Shown here one piece after another: positions 1 through 8,615 of a DNA stretch of 35,457 bases. The notes under the pieces are model-generated. The model searched no databases and was not told the DNA's origin. It saw only the letters and a program-made list of their open reading frames with translations. The DNA comes from Deltaproteobacteria bacterium (GTDB lineage Bacteria > Myxococcota_A > Bradymonadia > REDH01): contig REDH01000108.1 of NCBI GenBank assembly GCA_007693585.1, positions 1 to 35,457 on the forward strand. The letters run 5' to 3'. Each line of letters opens with the position of its first letter. Within the stretch, counting starts at the first letter, position 1. A program made the position numbers and the translations under genes.

Positions 1-55
1 GGCCGCCACGCCCCACCGCCCGGGATCGGGCCGCCACGCCCCACCGCCCGGGATC
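1..55. repeat. 28-bp-period tandem repeat, 2 copies visible, possibly truncated by the window edge
   Basis: GGCCGCCACGCCCCACCGCCCGGGATC occurs at 1-27 and 29-55. Confidence 0.85.
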
Positions 56-88
56 CGGCAGACCGGCCACGGCTGTCCCGCGTGGATC

Positions 89-198
89 ATGCGGGAAGGT
101 GACCGACAACCCGCGCACGATGCACGCAGGTCGTGGTGGCCCTGCTGGTGATGCATTCAGGTTATGGAGAGCGCCCTCGTAATGCGTGCAGGTTATCG
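89..198. repeat. four degenerate 17-bp motifs (ATGC-N3-[C/A]AGGT-N4-G) at exact 31-bp spacing
   Basis: ATGCGGGAAGGTGACCG (89), ATGCACGCAGGTCGTGG (120), ATGCATTCAGGTTATGG (151), ATGCGTGCAGGTTATCG (182). Confidence 0.7.
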
Positions 199-205
199 AG
201 CCCCG

Positions 206-970
206 CTAGACCGGGTTCGGCACGTCCACGAACTCCACCTCCAGCCCGAACTCCACCGCCATCCGCTCCCCCAGCGCCCGCACGCCCCCGCGCTCCGTCG
301 CATGGTGCCCGAACGCCGCGAACGTGATGCCCTCCTCCCGCGCCACCCCCTGGCTCTGCTCGCTCGGCTCCCCGCTCACGAACAGGTCCGCCCCCTCCGC
401 CAGCGCCGCCTCCAGGAAGCCTGCGCCGCCCCCGCTGCACACCGCCACGCGCCTCACCTCGTCGGGCCCGTGCACGAACGCCACCGGCGCCTGCCCCAGC
501 GCCCCCTCCAGCCGCCCGAGCACCTCGCCCACCGGCGTCGGCGCCATCTCCCCCAGCCACGCGATCGGCGGGCTCGCGTCCCCGAACGGCCGCACCGGCT
601 CCGCCCCGGCGTCCCGCAGCAGCAACACATTGTTCCCCAGCTCCCCGTGTGCATCCAGCGGCAGATGCCACGCCAGCAGCGCCATCCCCGCGCGCACCAT
701 CGCCCGCACCCGCGCCCCCCGATGACCCACCAGCGCACGCGGCTCCCTGTCCCAGAAGAACCCGTGGTGAACCAGCAGCGCATCCGCCCCGCGCTCCATC
801 GCGGCCTCGATCAGCGCCGCGTTCGCCGACACCCCCGACACCACCCGACGGATCGGCCGATCCCCCTCGATCTGCAGCCCGTGCGGCGCCCAGTCCCGAA
901 ACGCCTGCGCGTCCAGCAGCGCGTTGCCCCACGCCGCAAGCTCCCGTCCACTCACCTCTCCCATCGTCAT
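206..970 (-). CDS. Nif3-like dinuclear metal-centre hexameric protein (YbgI/NIF3 family)
   Basis: Motifs DWAPHGLQIEG, LLVHHGFFW, WHLPLDAHGELGNN, VAVCSGGG, FVSGE, GHHATE, C-terminal PNPV. Confidence 0.93.
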   Translation of the reverse strand: MTMGEVSGRELAAWGNALLDAQAFRDWAPHGLQIEGDRPIRRVVSGVSANAALIEAAMERGADALLVHHGFFWDREPRALVGHRGARVRAMVRAGMALLAWHLPLDAHGELGNNVLLLRDAGAEPVRPFGDASPPIAWLGEMAPTPVGEVLGRLEGALGQAPVAFVHGPDEVRRVAVCSGGGAGFLEAALAEGADLFVSGEPSEQSQGVAREEGITFAAFGHHATERGGVRALGERMAVEFGLEVEFVDVPNPV

Positions 971-2364
971 CCTCCGTCGCGATCCCGATCCAGCCCACCC
1001 CCGGCGCCTCCGCCGGCCCCGTCTCCACCTCCACTTTCGTCTTCGCCCCCGCCGGCACCGTCGCCTTCACCTCCGCCGGCGCTGTCACCGCCCGCACCGT
1101 GGCCTGCGTCGCCGTCCCCGCCATGACCTGCGCCATCGTCCCCGCCATGACCTGCGCCATCGTCCCCGTCCTCCTCCCGCGCCGTGTCCGCTCCCCCGCG
1201 TCCGCCGTCCCCCATGACCTCCGCGGGTGCCGTCGCCGTTCCCCGCGCCGGCGAGGACTCCGCCCCGTCCGCGTGGCCCGTTGCAGCTCCGTCCGCGGCT
1301 TCCCCATCTTCCCGATCTTCCCCACCGTGTCCGCGGACTCCGGCGTTGTCGTCGCCTTCCGGGAGCTGTCTGCTCTCGCCCATGGTCGCGGCGGTGCGCA
1401 TCGAGGGCTCCGCCTCTCCGTCGAAAATCCCCGCGAGCATTCCGGCCGCGGCGGCGAGCTCCTGGCGGGAGATCTCCGCGTCCATGCGCAGGGTGCTCCC
1501 GTCGCGTTCCACGCTGTCGATCCAGCCGAGCCAGGGCGGGCCGTCGCGGGTCTCGACGGCGGCGCCCAGGCGGGCGGCCATGACCCGTGCGGCGGCGGCG
1601 GAGTCGGCCGTCACCTCGAGGTGGACGTCCGGGGCCGCGTCGCTGCCGGCCCCGCCGCGCAGGCGCAGGGTGAGGGCGTCCAGGGATCGCAGCAGCAGCT
1701 CGGCGCCTGGCTGGTCGAGGCGCCTCGCGATGGCGCGGCGGGTGGTCTCGCCGAGCCGCAGGCGGACGGTGAGGTCGGCGTCGTCGGTGAACCAGGAGGC
1801 GGGGGTGGCACGGGTGCCGTCGCGGACGTCCTCGAGCAGGGTGAGCACCTCGCGGACGCGCTCGGGGTCCCCCTGCACGAGGAGGTTCCGGGCGGGGGTG
1901 GCGATGGCGGCGCCGGAGGCGGGGTCGGTGAAGAGGGACGAGCGCCCGATGGTGCTGTGCACCCATCCGCCGGTTCCCGGGCGTCCGCGCACCATGGCGA
2001 GCAGGCGGTCGCGGGGGAAGGTACCCCGCGCCACCAGGGTGGGGGTGCCCGGAGACAGCAGGCTGAAGGCGAGGAAGACCTCGTCGAGGTCGGGGGCGTC
2101 CGGGTCGAAGGCGAGCGGGTCGAGGGTGTCGAGGAGGGGATCGACGAGGCCGTCGGCGCGCAGGGTGGCGGGTCGGTAGTGGACCCAGAGGGTGGGCTCG
2201 CGGTCGAGGAGCAGGCCGAGGTCCCCGTCCCACGGGGCGGGGGGCGTGGGCTCGACGGGTCCGTCGCCGCGGCGGCAGCCGGACAGGGCGAGGACGATCG
2301 CGAGTCCGAGGAGCAGGGGGGCGAGCGGTGCGTGCCGCGGCCGGTGATGGGGCGTGCTGGGCAT
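967..2364 (-). CDS. hypothetical lipoprotein with a long Gly/Asp-rich low-complexity C-terminal tail
   Basis: Hydrophobic signal peptide ending in lipobox LSGC; stop overlaps the Nif3 start by 4 bp; tail has GDDGAGHG repeats. Confidence 0.75.
   Translation of the reverse strand: MPSTPHHRPRHAPLAPLLLGLAIVLALSGCRRGDGPVEPTPPAPWDGDLGLLLDREPTLWVHYRPATLRADGLVDPLLDTLDPLAFDPDAPDLDEVFLAFSLLSPGTPTLVARGTFPRDRLLAMVRGRPGTGGWVHSTIGRSSLFTDPASGAAIATPARNLLVQGDPERVREVLTLLEDVRDGTRATPASWFTDDADLTVRLRLGETTRRAIARRLDQPGAELLLRSLDALTLRLRGGAGSDAAPDVHLEVTADSAAAARVMAARLGAAVETRDGPPWLGWIDSVERDGSTLRMDAEISRQELAAAAGMLAGIFDGEAEPSMRTAATMGESRQLPEGDDNAGVRGHGGEDREDGEAADGAATGHADGAESSPARGTATAPAEVMGDGGRGGADTAREEDGDDGAGHGGDDGAGHGGDGDAGHGAGGDSAGGGEGDGAGGGEDESGGGDGAGGGAGGGLDRDRDGG
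1114..1167. repeat. 24-bp in-frame coding tandem repeat (about 2.3 copies)
   Basis: GTCCCCGCCATGACCTGCGCCATC at 1114-1137 and 1138-1161, then a partial copy. Confidence 0.85.
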
Positions 2365-2630
2365 GGTGTCGCGGGGGAGCTTCGCGGCAGGGCGCTGCGG
2401 AACGCGTGGGCGGATCGGAGTGGTGCGGTTTGGAGTGGTGCGGGCGATCGTATCGCGGGCCTGGAAGGTGCGGGTTCTCGTCGTGGTGGCGCGGCGCTGT
2501 GGGTGCTCGCCGTGGTGGAATGCGGCGGGCCGTTCCGGAGCGGGTTCCGGGCCGAACGGGGGTTGCCATGGGGGCGGGGTGGCGGTAGGACCGCCGCGCC
2601 CGCTGGACTCTCTGCTGGAGCACTAGCACG

Positions 2631-2867
2631 ATGAAGAGACCCCTGCCACCGCCCCTGACCCGTCACCTGAGTCGCCTGCGCCTGCTGGCGCGGCGGGATG
2701 ACGAGCGCCCGATGTTCGACGACATGGAGGATGCGGTCGAGGCCGCCGCCGAGGAGAGCCGTGCGACGGGCATCCGCCACGTGGCGACGCCGGTGTGGCG
2801 GATCGATCACGACGCGATCGAGGACAGCGAGCCGGTGGCGTGGTCGTGGAGCCGGGTCCCGGTGTAG
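2631..2867 (+). CDS. small hypothetical protein (78 aa)
   Basis: ATG with GGAG about 10 nt upstream; protein-like composition, unlike the Arg/Pro-rich shadow ORFs; fills the gap and stops 12 bp from the convergent cyclase. Confidence 0.5.
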   Translation: MKRPLPPPLTRHLSRLRLLARRDDERPMFDDMEDAVEAAAEESRATGIRHVATPVWRIDHDAIEDSEPVAWSWSRVPV

Positions 2868-2879
2868 GGGTCGAAGGCT

Positions 2880-5225
2880 TCAGCGGCCTTCGGGCGGTGC
2901 GTCGGGGTCGTGTCCGGGGTCGAGGCGGACGACGCGGTTGCGGCCCTGTGCCTTGGCCGTTCGGAGCGCGCGGTCGGCGCGCTGGAGGAGGGCGTGCACG
3001 TCCTCGTGTCCGTCCCAGGCGGTGACGCCGAAGCTGGCGGTCAGGGGCCAGTGGGGGTTCTCGAGTGGGTTTTCCGCGAGGCTCCTTCGGAACCGTTCGG
3101 CGGCGCGTTCGGCGTCGGCGGGGGTGGCGAGGGGGAGGACGATGGCGAATTCCTCTCCGCCGAGGCGACCGGGGGTGTCGGTGGCGCGGAGGGCGTCCTC
3201 GACGGTGTGTACGGAGGTTCGGAGGGCTTCGTCGCCGCGGAGGTGTCCGAGGCTGTCGTTGAGCTTCTTGAAGTGGTCGAGGTCGTAGACGATGAGGCCG
3301 AGGGGGGTCTGGTCCTGGCGTGCGCGCAGGAGGTCTTCCCGGAGTCGTTCCATGAAGCCCTTGCGGTTGGGCCAGCCGGTGAGGCCGTCGATGCGGGCGT
3401 GCTGGAGGAGCTCGATGCGGAGCCTGTACTCGTCGGCGCGCAGGGCGGTGAGGTGCTGCTGTGCGGCGAGTGCGACGAGGGCGGCGACGAAGAGGACGCC
3501 GCCGTCGACGATGACGACGGAGGCGAGGGTTGCGGCGGCCTCGGGGGGTGCGAGGGCGAGCCAGGCGGTGGGTGCTCCGATGGCGATGGTGCCGAGGACG
3601 AGGATTCCGGTGCGTCGGTCCGCGCCCATGGCGAGGGACCAGGTGAGCATGACGTATGCGATGGCGTCGAGGTAGGCGGCGTGGTGGGGGACCGCTTGCA
3701 CGGCGCCGAAGAGGACGAATGTGGCGGTGCCGAGGAGGAGTCCGGCGTGGAGGGCGAGGGTGATGGGTCGGGAGGCGGGGAGTCGGGGGTAGAGGAGGAT
3801 GACGGCGAGGGCGACGGTGGCGGCGATCGTCATGCGTGTCGGGAGGACGGTTCGCAGGAGGGGTTCGTGTCCGGTCTCGAGGTACAGGCCGAGTTCGAGG
3901 AGTCCGAAGCCGGCGAGCCAGGCGGCGCCGATGCCGAGGAGCCATCGGAGCACGCCGTGGTGGAGCTGCACGAGGTGGTCGTGGGTGGCGGCGGCGGGTG
4001 GGGGGATGGCGCGTCGCCCGAGGGAGAGGGGGCGCATGAGTCGTTCGAGGGCCTCGGGGTCGGGTTCGGCGTGTTCGGCGGCGCGTTGCACGCGGTCGCC
4101 GCCTTCGCCCTTGGCGGTGTAGAGTGCGTGGTCTGCGGCGGCGAGGAGTGCGGCGACGGCGCTGTGCTGGCCGGGTCCGAGCTGAGCGACGCCGATGGAG
4201 GCGGTGGTGCGCAGCGTGGTTCTCTTCCACGGGACGCGGATGGCTCGGATGGCGAGTCGGAGTTGCTCGGCGGCGTCGAGGAGTGCCTCTTCGTCGAGGT
4301 CGGGGAGGAGGATGACGAACTCCTCGCCGCCGTAGCGGGCGATGGCGGGGGGTGCGGCGTTGGGCTGGATTCCGGTGGCGACGTGTTTCAGGGTGCGTGC
4401 GACGTGCTGGAGCATGCGGTCGCCGGCGGCGTAGCCGTGCTGGTGGTTGAAGCGCTTGAAGCGGTCGACGTCGATGAAGAGGACGCCGAGTCGGCTGCCG
4501 TGTCGTTCGCAGCGCTGGGCTTCGCGGTGGAGCCGTTCGGCGAGGGCGCGTCGGTTGAGGGTGTCGGTGAGGCTGTCGTGGTTGGCGGTGCGCTCGAGGT
4601 CGGCGAGGACGTCGGCGCGGCCGAGGAAGATGACCTCGTGGACCCACATGAGGACGAGGGCGATGCTGAGTCCTGCGGCGATGGTGACGGTGTCGATGGC
4701 GAGGTCGACGTCGCCCGGTGCGGCGGTACCGGTCACGATCTGGGTGAAGGGCCAGATGACGGCGGCGAGCAGGAGGGTGGGGACGCCTGCGGATGCGGGG
4801 GAGGGGAGGAGGATGGCGAAGCCGAAGAGGAGGATCGCGATCGCCGCGGGTTCGGGGCCGGCGAGGGAGCCGGTGAGGAGGGGCTGCAGGGAGAGGAAGA
4901 GGGCGGCGGTGATGGTGAAGAGGCTGGCTCGTCGGTAGGTTCCGCGCCAGGGGAGGTTGCGTCGTGCGGCGGAGAAGGTGTGGAGGAGGGCCCAGCCGAC
5001 GAGGATCGCGAGCCCGGCCACGAAGAGGAGCGAGGCGCCGCGCGTGGGAAAGCCTCGCAGGAGGAGGGTGATGCCGCCGTAAATGGGAAAGCAGATGGCG
5101 GCGACGCGCGCTCCGGTGCGCAGTCCTTCCGCGGCGACGGCCCTGCGTCGGTCGCGGAGGATGATGCGCGCTCGGTCCGCGGGTGGGGCGGCGTCGGCGC
5201 GGGCGCTGGATTCCGGAGCGGCCAT
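2880..5225 (-). CDS. membrane diguanylate cyclase with two tandem [multi-TM + GGDEF] modules (about 781 aa)
   Basis: Start inferred at MAAPESS within the 2880..7145 ORF. Domain 1: HDSLTDTLNRR, FIDVDRFKRFN, RYGGEEF. Domain 2: DGLTGWPNRK, DLDHFKKLNDSLGH, RLGGEEF. Each is preceded by several hydrophobic helices. Confidence 0.9.
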   Translation of the reverse strand: MAAPESSARADAAPPADRARIILRDRRRAVAAEGLRTGARVAAICFPIYGGITLLLRGFPTRGASLLFVAGLAILVGWALLHTFSAARRNLPWRGTYRRASLFTITAALFLSLQPLLTGSLAGPEPAAIAILLFGFAILLPSPASAGVPTLLLAAVIWPFTQIVTGTAAPGDVDLAIDTVTIAAGLSIALVLMWVHEVIFLGRADVLADLERTANHDSLTDTLNRRALAERLHREAQRCERHGSRLGVLFIDVDRFKRFNHQHGYAAGDRMLQHVARTLKHVATGIQPNAAPPAIARYGGEEFVILLPDLDEEALLDAAEQLRLAIRAIRVPWKRTTLRTTASIGVAQLGPGQHSAVAALLAAADHALYTAKGEGGDRVQRAAEHAEPDPEALERLMRPLSLGRRAIPPPAAATHDHLVQLHHGVLRWLLGIGAAWLAGFGLLELGLYLETGHEPLLRTVLPTRMTIAATVALAVILLYPRLPASRPITLALHAGLLLGTATFVLFGAVQAVPHHAAYLDAIAYVMLTWSLAMGADRRTGILVLGTIAIGAPTAWLALAPPEAAATLASVVIVDGGVLFVAALVALAAQQHLTALRADEYRLRIELLQHARIDGLTGWPNRKGFMERLREDLLRARQDQTPLGLIVYDLDHFKKLNDSLGHLRGDEALRTSVHTVEDALRATDTPGRLGGEEFAIVLPLATPADAERAAERFRRSLAENPLENPHWPLTASFGVTAWDGHEDVHALLQRADRALRTAKAQGRNRVVRLDPGHDPDAPPEGR

Positions 5226-5606
5226 GGTTGCAGGGCGGTGTCGGGGCCGTGGAGCGGCATTGAACGGATCGATTGTCGCGCCGGTGGGTTCTGGTTGCAA
5301 TCGCCCTGCGGCGACCCGGTGCGCACTGTGCCGGATGGGTACAGGGGCGGGGTGGTGTGGTGCGGGCGCAGGCGGCGGTACGAGCCGGGGGGGCCGGGTG
5401 TCGCGGCGACGGCCATGCACGGCCCGCGCATCCACCGGGGCCGTTGTCTCGGGCCGTGCGGTGCCGGGCACGTGTCTGCGCCGAGCGGGGTGGCCCGGAC
5501 CGGGACCGCACGGGGCGTCGGTCGCGGGCCGTGCTGGACAGGGCACCGGGAACGGCGGACAATGGGCGCGGTGCGCGGGGATGGGAAGTCCTCCGGGGAA
5601 CGAACG

Positions 5607-6101
5607 ATGGTGACGGCTGCGCGAAAGCGGTTCGAGGTACGCCTGCACGGGGCGCTGTGGAAGTCGGCGGAGAAGCTTCGCCGCCAGGAGTGGACGCAGG
5701 CGCTGGGAGAGATCAACGGCACCGAGCACGACGCGGTGGATCTGGGGATCGAGTTCGTGCGCCCGCCCGGGTGCCCGTGGCAGGTGCGGATCTATCGGGA
5801 TGGCACGGAGCTGATCGACACGGTGGAGCCGGATGTCCGCGAGCTGGAGCGGTGCATCAGCGAGTACGGGGCGACGATTCGCCAGCTCGTGCAGGTGGAC
5901 CGCAATGCGCCGGTGCGGGGGGTGGAGGCCCTCGACTATGCGAAGCGGGTGGTGCACGACGAGGCCGCGTCGATCCTGCGGGAGGCGCTGGAGGGGCACA
6001 TCGTGCTGACGCTCGACGAGGCCCGCAAGCTGTTCACGGTCCTGTTCCTCGCGGCGAGTGACCTGCCGGGGGAGTTCATCCGCTACCACCGGTTCCACTG
6101 A
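5607..6101 (+). CDS. UPF0262 family protein (164 aa)
   Basis: C-terminal GVEALDYAKRVVHDEAASILREALEGHIVLTLDEARKLFTVL matches my recollection of the UPF0262 pattern (IEAIDMGRRGLHNEG..L.ERL.GKI..D..TARRLFTL); start trimmed from the 2910..6101 ORF. Confidence 0.75.
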   Translation: MVTAARKRFEVRLHGALWKSAEKLRRQEWTQALGEINGTEHDAVDLGIEFVRPPGCPWQVRIYRDGTELIDTVEPDVRELERCISEYGATIRQLVQVDRNAPVRGVEALDYAKRVVHDEAASILREALEGHIVLTLDEARKLFTVLFLAASDLPGEFIRYHRFH

Positions 6102-6206
6102 CGGTACCGCCGAGGTTTGTGGTGCTTCCAGGTTGCGCGCCGGGGGGCCCCAGGTTGATGACCTGGTCGGACTGACGGTACCGCCGAGGTTTGTGGTGCT
6201 TCCAGG
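6097..6206. repeat. perfect 36-bp direct repeat, two copies 38 bp apart, first copy spanning the UPF0262 stop codon
   Basis: ACTGACGGTACCGCCGAGGTTTGTGGTGCTTCCAGG at 6097-6132 and 6171-6206. Confidence 0.92.
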
Positions 6207-6211
6207 GGCCG

Positions 6212-6350
6212 TGCGGAGGAGGCCCTGGCCGCGGGGGTCGTTCTTCATGCCGCCGCGGCAGGGTGGGGCGTCGGGTGGTCCGCCGCCCTGCGGAGGAGGC
6301 CCTACCCGCGGGGGTCGTTCTTCATGCCGCCGCGGCAGGGTGGGGCGTCG
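6212..6350. repeat. 62-bp near-perfect direct repeat (77-bp period) duplicating the bolA 3' end
   Basis: 6212-6273 vs 6289-6350 differ at 2 positions; the downstream copy again encodes DAPPCRGGMKNDPRG but has lost the TAG stop. Confidence 0.92.
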
Positions 6351-6628
6351 AGTTGTGGGCCCCCGCTTTCGGCCCACTGCGCCGGGGTGACGGCCTCGAT
6401 GGCGAGGGCGTGGACGCCGCCGGCCAGCTCCTCGGCGAGGAGGGCGTTGATGCGGCGGTGCCGGGCGACGCGGGTCATGCCCTCGAACTCGGGGCTGACG
6501 GCGATGACGCGGAAGTGGGTCTCGGAGCCGGCGGGGACGTTGTGTCCGTGGCTCTCGTTGAGGACCTCGAGGTGTTCCAGGGCGAGACCGGCTTCGAGCT
6601 TGCGGGTGATCGACTCGTGCAGGCGCAT
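6302..6628 (-). CDS. bolA: BolA family protein (108 aa)
   Basis: LEVLNESHGHNVPAGSETHFRVIAVSPEFEG, RVARHRRINALLAEELAGGVHALAI, C-terminal PPCRGG as in E. coli-type BolA. Confidence 0.95.
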   Translation of the reverse strand: MRLHESITRKLEAGLALEHLEVLNESHGHNVPAGSETHFRVIAVSPEFEGMTRVARHRRINALLAEELAGGVHALAIEAVTPAQWAESGGPQLDAPPCRGGMKNDPRG

Positions 6629-6888
6629 GGGCAGTCCGTGGGGTTGGGGGCGAACGGTCGTTCGGGGGAGCGGCGTGCCTGGGTGGGCGAGCGGTGGTCG
6701 CGCGTGGTCGGTGGCCGGGTCCTGTCGCGCCGCGCGTGCGGCGGGGGATAGGCGTGGCCGGTCGGCCCGGCAATGCCCCTTTCGCATGGCGGGCATCGGG
6801 CGTACTGTCGGGCCGCCGGGCGTGGTCGGACCAATTGTGGATCGCGGCAGCCGGCGAGGCGTTTCCCCGACAGGAGACCGAGGACGAC

Positions 6889-8541
6889 ATGAGCGCAATC
6901 GACGACGGACGAGAGGATCTGGCCCGCTGGAAGGCGGAGCAGCCGGACAATTTCTTCACGGCGGACGTGGTGTTTCGCCACGCGCTGCAGCGGCTGGCGG
7001 GGGAGGAGACGTGGGCGTCGCTGCGTCCGCGGCTCGAGGCGTTCGGCGCGCAGTGCGCGACGGAGATGGATGCGGCGGCGGACGTGAACAACCGTCCGCA
7101 CAACCTGCCGTTGCTGGAGCGGTATGACGCGATCGGTCGGCGCACGGAGGGGGTGGAGCATCATCCGAGCTACCACGTGGTGGGGCGGCTGATCTACGAG
7201 AGCGGGATGATGGGGGAGTATGCGGAGCCCGGAGGGTTCCTGCGCTCCCTGGCGTTCTTCCACCTGTCGTCGATGTGCGGGGAGGCGGGGCACAACTGTC
7301 CGGTGGCGTGCACGGCGGGGATCATCAAGAGTCTGCAGGCGCTGGGCACGCCGGAGCTGAAGGCGCGCTATCTTCCGCGGCTGCTTTCACGGGTGTACGC
7401 GGAGCGGTACGACGGGGCGCAGTTCCTGACGGAGGTGCAGGGGGGGAGCGACGTGGGGCTGAACGCGGTCCGTGCGGAGCGGGCGGAGGATGGCACCTGG
7501 CGGATTCATGGGGAGAAGTGGTTCTGCTCGAACGCGGACGCGGACCTGATTCTGATGACGGCGCGTCATGACGAGGCGGTCGGGGGGACGCGGGGTCTGG
7601 GGTTGTTCCTGGTGCCGCGTCTTCTGGAGGACGGGAGTGTGAACGCGTTCCGGATCCGTCGCCTGAAGGACAAGCTGGGCACGCGGTCGATGCCGAGCGG
7701 GGAGATGGACTTCGAGGGGGCGCGGGCGTGGGCGCTCGGGGAGGTGGAGGAGGGGTTCCGGAGCATGATGCGCTTCGTGATCAACACATCGCGGATCTAC
7801 AACGCGATCGCGGTGACGGGGATTGCGCGTCGCGCTGCGTTCGTGGCGGGGGGATATGCGCGTCACCGGAAGGCGTTCGGTCGCCGGATCGGGGACTTTG
7901 CGCTGGTGCGGGAGACGGTGGATCGGATCGAGGCGAGCTCGGCGGCGATCGCGCTGGGCACGTGGGCGCTGATCCCGATGATGGATGCCGCGGAGCAGGG
8001 TGGGCTGTCGGACGAGGAGGCGGCGTTTCTGCGGATGGCGATCAACGTGAACAAGCGGCGCAGCTCGATCACGGCGACGGAGTGTGCGCTCCAGGGGATC
8101 GAGGTTCTGGGGGGAAACGGGGCGATCGAGAGCTTCTCGATCCTGCCGCGGCTGCTGCGGGACGCGATCGTGTGCGAGAACTGGGAGGGGACGCACAACA
8201 CGCTGACGGCGCAGGTGCTCCGGGACATGCACCGCTACCGGTTGCACGAGGCGTACGTGGCCCAGCTTCGGCGGCGTTTCGCGTCGCTGGAGGGCGGCCC
8301 GATGGGGGCGTGGGCGTCGCGGGGAGCGCGGGCGGTGGACGGGCTCGAGGGTTCGCTCGCGGAGGTGCTGACGCTGGACGAGGATGCGGCGTCGCTGCGG
8401 ATGCGGCCGCTGATGGATCGGCTGGCGTGGGTGCTGTACGCGTCGGCGATGGCGGAGCAGGCGGCGTACGACGCGGAGGCGGGTCTGGGCGACGAGGTGT
8501 CGCGCCTGCTGGCGTTCTACGCGGACTGGCGGGGGATCTGA
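6889..8541 (+). CDS. acyl-CoA dehydrogenase family protein, AidB-like (550 aa)
   Basis: DAIGRRTEGVEHHPSYH (AidB-type N-terminus), QFLTEVQGGSDV, GEKWFCSN, RLKDKLGTRSMPSGE, LGGNG, WEGTHN; purine-rich RBS before ATG 6889. Confidence 0.9.
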   Translation: MSAIDDGREDLARWKAEQPDNFFTADVVFRHALQRLAGEETWASLRPRLEAFGAQCATEMDAAADVNNRPHNLPLLERYDAIGRRTEGVEHHPSYHVVGRLIYESGMMGEYAEPGGFLRSLAFFHLSSMCGEAGHNCPVACTAGIIKSLQALGTPELKARYLPRLLSRVYAERYDGAQFLTEVQGGSDVGLNAVRAERAEDGTWRIHGEKWFCSNADADLILMTARHDEAVGGTRGLGLFLVPRLLEDGSVNAFRIRRLKDKLGTRSMPSGEMDFEGARAWALGEVEEGFRSMMRFVINTSRIYNAIAVTGIARRAAFVAGGYARHRKAFGRRIGDFALVRETVDRIEASSAAIALGTWALIPMMDAAEQGGLSDEEAAFLRMAINVNKRRSSITATECALQGIEVLGGNGAIESFSILPRLLRDAIVCENWEGTHNTLTAQVLRDMHRYRLHEAYVAQLRRRFASLEGGPMGAWASRGARAVDGLEGSLAEVLTLDEDAASLRMRPLMDRLAWVLYASAMAEQAAYDAEAGLGDEVSRLLAFYADWRGI

Positions 8542-8615
8542 GGCGCGTCCCGCTGGAGGCCTGGTCGGCGGGGCGGGCGAACCGGATGTGTCCTCGCGCG
8601 GTTGGGGCGCGGGGT

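Noticed and set aside
89..198. dif site or integron attC at the phased motifs
   Set aside because: No 28-bp XerC/XerD arrangement with a TTATGTTAAA-like arm, and no RYYYAAC/GTTRRRY-bounded palindrome
6097..6206. Second bona fide CRISPR array
   Set aside because: Only two repeats, no leader, no similarity to the cas-linked repeat, and it overlaps a stop codon; kept only as a possible off-target scar
2623..7145. Long ORFs 2880..7145 (-), 2910..6101 (+) and 2623..5562 (-) taken at full length
   Set aside because: Only 2880-5225 (cyclase) and 5607-6101 (UPF0262) look like real protein; the rest is Arg/Pro-rich or antisense read-through overlapping real genes
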